A stretch of DNA of 32,000 nucleotides from Cupriavidus necator (GTDB lineage Bacteria > Pseudomonadota > Gammaproteobacteria > Burkholderiales > Burkholderiaceae), in contig NZ_CP066018.1 of assembly GCF_016127575.1 (NCBI RefSeq), positions 1,950,001-1,982,000 of the forward strand. Reading direction: 5' to 3'. The position numbers and the translations under genes were made by a program. Shown here piece after piece: positions 26,558-32,000 of the stretch. The number at the start of each line of letters is the position of its first letter. The first letter of the stretch is position 1. The notes below the pieces were generated by a model that made no database searches, was not told where the DNA came from, and saw only the letters and a program-made list of their open reading frames with translations.

Positions 26558-27255
26558 TGCCCGGCCTTGGCCAGTTCGCCGCGCAGCGCCGAGATGATGC
26601 CGCGGTAACCGCCGTCCGCATCGGGCTTGCCGAACACGGCCGAGCCCGCCACGAAGGTGTCGGCGCCGGCCGCGGCGATCTCGGCGATGTTGTCTACCTT
26701 CACGCCGCCGTCCACTTCCAGCAGGATGGTGCGGCCGGTGCGGGCGGTGTACTCATCGATGCGCTGGCGCACGGCGCGCAGCTTGTTGAGCGTCTCGGGA
26801 ATGAACGACTGGCCGCCGAAGCCCGGGTTGACCGACATCAGCAGGATCACGTCCAGGCGGTCCATCACGTGGTCCAGGTGGTGCAGCGGCGTGGCCGGGT
26901 TGAACACCAGGCCGGCCTGGCAGCCGTGGTCGCGGATCAGCGCGAGCGAGCGGTCCACGTGCTCGCTGGCTTCCGGGTGGAAGGTGATGATATTGGCGCC
27001 CGCCTTGGCAAAGTCCGGGATGATCCGGTCCACCGGGCGCACCATCAGGTGCACGTCGATCGGCGCGGTCACGTGCGGGCGGATCGCCTCGCACACCAGC
27101 GGGCCCACGGTCAGGTTGGGCACGTAATGGTTGTCCATCACGTCGAAGTGGATCCAGTCGGCGCCGGCCTCGGTCACGCGGCGCACTTCCTCGCCCAGGC
27201 GGGCAAAGTCGGCGGACAGGATGGACGGGGCGATGCGGTAGGTGGGCGTGCTCAT
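26554..27255 (-). CDS. rpe: Ribulose-phosphate 3-epimerase
   Basis: Start [23 protein letters not shown] (ATG 27255). [24 protein letters not shown] and VDGGV motifs. 233 aa. Confidence 0.95.
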   Translation of the reverse strand: MSTPTYRIAPSILSADFARLGEEVRRVTEAGADWIHFDVMDNHYVPNLTVGPLVCEAIRPHVTAPIDVHLMVRPVDRIIPDFAKAGANIITFHPEASEHVDRSLALIRDHGCQAGLVFNPATPLHHLDHVMDRLDVILLMSVNPGFGGQSFIPETLNKLRAVRQRIDEYTARTGRTILLEVDGGVKVDNIAEIAAAGADTFVAGSAVFGKPDADGGYRGIISALRGELAKAGQ

Positions 27256-27419
27256 GTCGGCGGCTAGGAGGTGGGGTGCTGGGGAATGCTGTTTTTTGCG
27301 TCTCTGGCGCGCCCAGGGGCGGGCGCCAGAGGGGATCAGGCGGGGCGTCCGGCGCGGCCCGGACCTGAAAGGGCTATATTCTACCGCTGCCCCGGCGCTC
27401 GGTGATCTTGCCCGTGCTC

Positions 27420-27448
27420 TTGCCCGTGCCGCGGCCATCCCGCACAAT
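27420..27448 (+). promoter_or_regulatory. Candidate sigma70-type promoter for apaG (TTGCCC-17 nt-CACAAT)
   Basis: The -35-like TTGCCC (27420-27425) lies inside the second copy of a tandem 12-mer. There is an exact 17-nt spacer. The -10-like CACAAT (27443-27448) is 48 nt upstream of apaG ATG. Confidence 0.3.
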
Positions 27449-27496
27449 GCGGCTACCCACTTCCCTGCCTGGCGCCTCACGCCGGCCCTGCCCACG

Positions 27497-27871
27497 ATGA
27501 GCGAGTACGCTTTCTCCGTCTCGGTACGCACCCAGTACCTGCCGGACCAGTCAGAACCTGAGCGCGGGCGCCATGCCTTCGCCTACACCATTACCATCCA
27601 CAATACCGGCGAGGTGGCGGCGCAGCTGATCTCGCGCCACTGGGTCATCACCGACAGCGACAACGGCACGCAGGAAGTGGCGGGCCTGGGCGTGGTCGGC
27701 CACCAGCCGCTGCTCAAGCCGGGCGAGCATTTCGAATACACCAGCTGGGCCACCATCTCGACCCCGGTGGGATCGATGAAGGGCGAATACTTCTGCGTGG
27801 CCGAGGACGGCCACCGCTTCGAGGTGCCGATCCCTGAATTCGCGCTGGTGCTGCCGCGCATGCTGCACTGA
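27497..27871 (+). CDS. apaG: ApaG (DUF525) protein
   Basis: 124 aa. [70 protein letters not shown] is the canonical ApaG pattern. Confidence 0.93.
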   Translation: MSEYAFSVSVRTQYLPDQSEPERGRHAFAYTITIHNTGEVAAQLISRHWVITDSDNGTQEVAGLGVVGHQPLLKPGEHFEYTSWATISTPVGSMKGEYFCVAEDGHRFEVPIPEFALVLPRMLH

Positions 27872-27884
27872 CCCTGCCGGGAAC

Positions 27885-28100
27885 CTATTGGCGCGATGCG
27901 CTGTCCTGATCCTGCGGCGGCGCTTCAGCGGCGCCCTGCGCCGGCTGGCGCGACGGATGCTCGGACGGGGCGCGCGTGGGACGCGGGTTCGTTTTCGCCG
28001 TGCCCATGGTCCAGACCACGATAAAGATCAGCAGGAACAGCGCCACGCCGGCTTCCAGGGCGAACAGCAGCATGGGATGGGCTTCGAAGAACTTGCTCAT
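27885..28100 (-). CDS. Hypothetical small single-pass membrane protein (71 aa)
   Basis: ATG 28100. MSKFFEAHPMLLFALEAGVALFLLIFIVVWTMG has one TM, followed by a Pro/Gln/Ala-rich tail. Third-position GC bias fits coding. No SD and no family recognised. Confidence 0.45.
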   Translation of the reverse strand: MSKFFEAHPMLLFALEAGVALFLLIFIVVWTMGTAKTNPRPTRAPSEHPSRQPAQGAAEAPPQDQDSASRQ

Positions 28101-28215
28101 GGCGGATGCAGCGCAGGCCCGCGGGGGCGCAGGCGGTGGTTGAAGGATGACGGTGGGATTGTAGGGGCAATCGGCCCCGCAAGCTGCGCCGGCCCGGATT
28201 TTGAACAATAGCAAG

Positions 28216-29352
28216 ATGGCATACGCAGACTCTTTCCCGATTTCCCCGGTTTCTCCCTGGCGCTCGCTGCGCATTCGCGGCTGGCTGGCGCTGTCCGGCG
28301 CGGCCGTGCTGCTGGCCGGCTGCATGAGCGGCCCGCCGCCGCGCATCGAGACCGGCCCGGCCGGCACCACGCCGCCGACGGCCTCGTCGCAGAAAGGCAG
28401 TCTGCAGGCCGCCAGCTGGGCCGAGATCGGCGGCTGGGCCCAGGACGACGTGCGCGCCGCCTGGCCCGCGCTGCAGGCCAGCTGCCAGGCGCTGAAGAAG
28501 CGCGCCGAGTGGAGCCGCGCCTGTGCCGCCGGCATGATGGTCGATGCCGGCAACCTCAACGCCATGCGCGCCTATTTCGAAAGCAACTTCCAGCCGTACC
28601 GCGTGGTCAACGGCGATGGCACTGACTACGGCCTGATCACCGGCTACTACGAACCGATCCTGCACGGCTCGCGCACGCGCCAGGGCAAGTTCCAGGTGCC
28701 GCTGTACCGCAAGCCGGCGCAGTTCGGCAACCGCCCGCTGCCGGCCCGCGCCGAGCTGCTGCAGAACCCGGCCATGCGCGGCAGCGAGCTGGTCTGGGTG
28801 GATGACGCGGTCGAGGCCGCCTTCCTGCAGATCCAGGGCTCGGGCCGCATCCGCATGGCCGATGGCAGCATCATGCGGGTGGGCTTCGGCGGCACCAACG
28901 AACAGCCGTTCCGCTCCTTCGGCAAATGGCTGCTGGACCGCGGCGAGATCACGCCGGCACAGGCCACCATGCAGGGCATCAAGGCGTGGGCGCGCGCCAA
29001 CCCGGGCCGCGTCGACGAGATGCTCAACATCAACCCGCGCTTTGTCTTCTTCCGCGAGCTGCCGGCCAACAACGACGGCCCGGTGGGCGCGCTGGGCGTG
29101 CCGCTGACCGCGGAGCGCTCGATCGCGGTCGACCCGGCCACCATCCCGCTGGGGGTGCCGGTATTCCTGTCGACCACGCGCCCGCTGTCGACCGAGCCGA
29201 TCCAGCGGCTGATGTTCGCGCAGGACACCGGCAGCGCCATCAAGGGCGGGGTGCGCGCGGATTTCTTCTGGGGTGCGGGCGATGCCGCCGGCGAGACCGC
29301 GGGCCGCATGAAGCAGGGCGGCCGCATGTGGGTGCTGATGCCGCGCAGCTGA
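28216..29352 (+). CDS. mltA: Membrane-bound lytic murein transglycosylase A
   Basis: ATG 28216 (the track ORF begins at TTG 28201). Lipoprotein signal ..LSGAAVLLAGC. MltA-specific and 3D-domain motifs: ITGYYEP, LQIQGSGR, AVDPATIPLG, AQDTGSAIKG. Confidence 0.92.
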   Translation: MAYADSFPISPVSPWRSLRIRGWLALSGAAVLLAGCMSGPPPRIETGPAGTTPPTASSQKGSLQAASWAEIGGWAQDDVRAAWPALQASCQALKKRAEWSRACAAGMMVDAGNLNAMRAYFESNFQPYRVVNGDGTDYGLITGYYEPILHGSRTRQGKFQVPLYRKPAQFGNRPLPARAELLQNPAMRGSELVWVDDAVEAAFLQIQGSGRIRMADGSIMRVGFGGTNEQPFRSFGKWLLDRGEITPAQATMQGIKAWARANPGRVDEMLNINPRFVFFRELPANNDGPVGALGVPLTAERSIAVDPATIPLGVPVFLSTTRPLSTEPIQRLMFAQDTGSAIKGGVRADFFWGAGDAAGETAGRMKQGGRMWVLMPRS

Positions 29353-29364
29353 CCTCGGCAACGC

Positions 29365-29394
29365 AAAAAGGGCGCCATCGCGGCGCCCTTTCTT
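29365..29394. terminator. Bidirectional rho-independent terminator (mltA / paaK)
   Basis: AAAAA-GGGCGCC-ATCGC-GGCGCCC-TTTCTT. A 7-bp GC stem flanked by an A-run and a T-run, between convergent genes. Confidence 0.75.
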
Positions 29395-29409
29395 CATGGT
29401 GGACAGCCC

Positions 29410-30714
29410 TCAGCGCGGGCGCTGGTCGACGATCCGCCGCGCCTTGCCCACCGAGCGCTCGACGCCGCCCTCCGGCAGCACCTCGATGCCGGCGGTGACG
29501 CCGATATAGGCCTTGATCTCCTGCGCCAGCCGCTCGCGCGCGCCTTGCGCCAGCGCGGGCTCGCTGCCGTGGGCGCATTCCACGCGCACCGTCAGCGTGT
29601 CCATGTGGCCGTCCTTGGCCAGCACGCACTGGTAGTGCGGCGCCAGCTCGGCGTGCTTGAGGATCAGTTCCTCGATCTGCGACGGGAACACGTTGACCCC
29701 GCGCACGATCATCATGTCGTCGGTGCGGCCGGTGATCTTCTCCATGCGGCGGAATGCCGGGCGCGCCGTGCCCGGCAGCAGCCGGGTCAGGTCGCGGGTG
29801 CGGTAGCGCACCACAGGCATCGCCTCCTTGGTCAGCGAGGTGAACACCAGCTCGCCGAACTCCCCGTCGGGCAGCACTGCGCCGGTGTCGGGATCGATAA
29901 TCTCGGGGTAGAAATGGTCTTCCCAGATGGTCGGCCCGTCCTTGGTCTCGGCGCACTCATTGGCCACGCCCGGGCCCATCACCTCTGACAGGCCATAGAT
30001 ATCGACTGCCGAGATGCCCATGCGCTTCTCGATCGCCAGCCGCATTTCCGGCGTCCACGGCTCCGCGCCGAAGATGCCCACGCGCAGCGAGCTGCTGGCC
30101 GGGTCGATGCCCTGGCGCTCGAACTCGTCGGCGATCGCCAGCATATAGCTGGGCGTCACCATGATGACCTCGGGCTTGAAGTCCTGGATCAGCTGCACCT
30201 GGCGCTCGGTCTGGCCGCCGCCGAAGGGGATCGCGGTCAGGCCGGCCTTTTCCACGCCGTAGTGCGCGCCCAGGCCGCCGGTGAAGAGGCCGTAGCCGTA
30301 GCTGATATGCACCTTGTCGCCGCGCCGCGCGCCCGAGGCGCGGATCGAGCGCGCCATCACCGTGGCCCAGTTGTCGATGTCCTGGAGCGTGTAGCCGACC
30401 ACGGTGGGCTTGCCGGTGGTGCCGGACGAGGCGTGGATGCGCGCCACGCGGTCCTGCGGCACCGCGAACATGCCGAACGGGTAGTTGTCGCGCAGGTCCT
30501 GCTTGCTGGTGAACGGGAAGCGCGCCAGGTCGGCCAGCGAATGCAGCTGGTCGGGGTGGACCCCGGCTTCGTCGAACTTGCGGCGGTACACCGGCGAATT
30601 GGCGTAGGCGTGGTTGAGCGACCATCTCAGCCGCTCCAGCTGCAAGGCCTGCAGCTCGGCGCGGCTGGCGGTCTCGATCGCATCCAGGGGCAGATCGGTC
30701 AGGCGCGTGCTCAT
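29410..30714 (-). CDS. paaK: Phenylacetate-CoA ligase
   Basis: 434 aa. SLADLARFPFTSKQDLRDNYPFGMFAVP and HASSGTTGKPTVVGYT motifs typical of PaaK. AGGAGA SD upstream. Confidence 0.93.
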   Translation of the reverse strand: MSTRLTDLPLDAIETASRAELQALQLERLRWSLNHAYANSPVYRRKFDEAGVHPDQLHSLADLARFPFTSKQDLRDNYPFGMFAVPQDRVARIHASSGTTGKPTVVGYTLQDIDNWATVMARSIRASGARRGDKVHISYGYGLFTGGLGAHYGVEKAGLTAIPFGGGQTERQVQLIQDFKPEVIMVTPSYMLAIADEFERQGIDPASSSLRVGIFGAEPWTPEMRLAIEKRMGISAVDIYGLSEVMGPGVANECAETKDGPTIWEDHFYPEIIDPDTGAVLPDGEFGELVFTSLTKEAMPVVRYRTRDLTRLLPGTARPAFRRMEKITGRTDDMMIVRGVNVFPSQIEELILKHAELAPHYQCVLAKDGHMDTLTVRVECAHGSEPALAQGARERLAQEIKAYIGVTAGIEVLPEGGVERSVGKARRIVDQRPR

Positions 30715-30763
30715 GTCGTCTCCTGCACGGGGGCGTTTATCTTAAGTATCTTGCCGGATTTGC

Positions 30764-31216
30764 TCAGGTGCCTTCCGTCCCTTCCGGCGGCGGCACCACA
30801 TGTCCCCTGATCTGCGCCGACTTGCCGCGGAACATCGCCACCACCTGGCCCGCGGCGTTGGTCACGCGGATATCGTAGATGCCGTGCCGGCCGGACAGGA
30901 CCTGCTCGGTGGCCTCGGCGGTCAGCACGTCGCCGCCGTGCACGGGCTTGAGGAACTCGATGCTGCAACCTGCCGCCACGGTGTTGATGTTATGGCTGTT
31001 GCAGGCAAAAGCGAAGGTCGAATCGGCCAGCGTGAACATCAGGCCGCCGTGGCAGATGCCGTGCCCGTTGAGGAATTCCTTGCGCACCGGCATGGTCAGC
31101 CGGGCGTAGCCGGGCCGCACGGCCTCGACCGTGATGCCCAGCCAGCGGCTGCAGGTGTCGGCTTCATACATGGCGGCGGCGGCCGCTTCGGCGAGGGCCT
31201 GGGGGTCCTGTTTCAA
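30764..31216 (-). CDS. paaI: Hydroxyphenylacetyl-CoA thioesterase PaaI (hotdog fold)
   Basis: 150 aa. NGHGICHGGLMFTLADSTFAFACN motif. TTG start at 31216 is supported by AGGAGA 6 nt upstream. Lies between paaG and paaK. Confidence 0.85.
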   Translation of the reverse strand: MKQDPQALAEAAAAAMYEADTCSRWLGITVEAVRPGYARLTMPVRKEFLNGHGICHGGLMFTLADSTFAFACNSHNINTVAAGCSIEFLKPVHGGDVLTAEATEQVLSGRHGIYDIRVTNAAGQVVAMFRGKSAQIRGHVVPPPEGTEGT

Positions 31217-31256
31217 GCTGGTCTCCTATATAGAGTGGCGGGCAGGCCCGCGCGGC

Positions 31257-32000
31257 TTACTTGCCGGTGAAGTGCGGGGCGCGCTTTTCGAGGAAGGCGT
31301 TGACGCCCTCAGCATAGTCGGCGGACTGGCCGAGCTCGCGCTGCAGGTCGCGCTCCAGGTCCAGCTGGGCGTCCAGCGTGGCGGTGGCGCTGGCATGCAT
31401 GGCGCGCTTGATCGCGGCCAGCGCGCGGGTCGGCTGCCCGGCCAGGTGCGTGGCCAGCGCCAGCGCCTGTTCCGGCAGCAGCGGGTCGTCCATGGTCTCC
31501 CAGACCAGCCCCCATTTCTCGGCCTCTTCGGCGCTCAGCCGCTCGCCGGTCATGGCCAGGCCCAGCGCGCGCGCCATGCCGATGCGCTTCGGCAGCAGCC
31601 AGGAGCCGCCCGAATCCGGCACCAGCCCGATCTTGACGAAAGCCTGGATAAAGCTGGCCGAGCGCGCCGCCAGCACCATGTCGCAGGCCAGCGCCAGGTT
31701 GGCGCCGGCGCCGGCCGCGGTGCCGTTGACCGCGGCCACCACTGGCAGCGGCAGGGCCTGCAGCCGGCGGATCAGCGGGTTGAACCAGGTATCGATCAGC
31801 TCGCCCAGGTCGGTCATGTGCCCCGGCGTGAAATCCAGGTCGGCCAGGTCCTGGCCGGCGCAGAAGCCACGGCCCGCACCGGTCAGCAGCAGGGCGCGCG
31901 CGCCGCCGGCCTCGACATGGTCGAGCGCCTGCTGCAGCGCCTGGTGCATCGCGCGGGTGAAGCTGTTGAGCTTGTCGGGGCGGTTCAGGGTGATCACGGC
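31257..32000 (-). CDS. paaG: Crotonase-family enoyl-CoA hydratase/isomerase, PaaG-like; N-terminus outside window
   Basis: ITLNRPDKLNSF, LLTGAGRGFCAGQDL and VAAVNGTAAGAGANLALACD crotonase motifs. The reading frame stays open to position 32000. The M at 31997 in the track is an internal GTG. Confidence 0.85.
   Translation of the reverse strand, partial: AVITLNRPDKLNSFTRAMHQALQQALDHVEAGGARALLLTGAGRGFCAGQDLADLDFTPGHMTDLGELIDTWFNPLIRRLQALPLPVVAAVNGTAAGAGANLALACDMVLAARSASFIQAFVKIGLVPDSGGSWLLPKRIGMARALGLAMTGERLSAEEAEKWGLVWETMDDPLLPEQALALATHLAGQPTRALAAIKRAMHASATATLDAQLDLERDLQRELGQSADYAEGVNAFLEKRAPHFTGK

Noticed and set aside
19329-27531. N-terminal extensions in the track ORFs for the ABC permease (to 19469), ung (to 20773), CYTH (to 21467), trpG (to 23956), trpE (to 25572) and rpe (to 27531)
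   Set aside because: In each case the conserved family N-terminus begins at an internal ATG, which has a purine-rich SD for trpG and trpE but not for rpe. The extensions are Arg/Pro-rich, run across intergenic or neighbouring sequence, and some start at GTG or TTG.
27925-29397. 490-aa minus ORF
   Set aside because: Antisense to mltA, which has a lipobox and MltA/3D-domain motifs. Arg/Ala/Gly-rich translation.

Overview
High-GC betaproteobacterial chromosome segment. Gene content and protein sequences look Burkholderiaceae, Cupriavidus/Ralstonia-like (inference, not searched). The window is almost entirely core housekeeping. On the minus strand: prmC (5' end), an Ala-rich lipoprotein, prfA, hemA and mtnN. 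On the plus strand: a GlsB/YeaQ-family gene and a translationally coupled three-gene membrane module (DUF2157-like, DUF4401-like, GDYXXLXY). ychF (minus) follows. Then on the plus strand: a UbiH-family monooxygenase, dsbC, an acuI/yhdH-like reductase, an M61 peptidase and a YccS/FUSC protein. Next are a minus-strand ABC pair (duplicated permease plus ATPase with an extra C-terminal domain, no binding protein) and acyP. A long minus-strand array follows: ung, CYTH, trpC, trpD, trpG, trpE, gph, rpe. The window ends with apaG, a small TM ORF, mltA and paaK-paaI-paaG (paaG runs off the right edge). I saw no rRNA/tRNA genes, CRISPR arrays, transposase/integrase/phage genes, or recognisable toxin or defence genes. 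The many long overlapping ORFs in the track are antisense or alternate-frame artefacts of a stop-poor high-GC sequence. The best candidates for poorly described biology are (1) the DUF2157/DUF4401/GDYXXLXY triad, (2) the binding-protein-less ABC system, and (3) a 421-nt gph-trpE spacer carrying a 28-codon ORF with three clustered Trp codons (possible trp leader). None is a clear new system on sequence alone, and this is otherwise an ordinary core region. All family assignments are from motif recognition by eye, not database searches.
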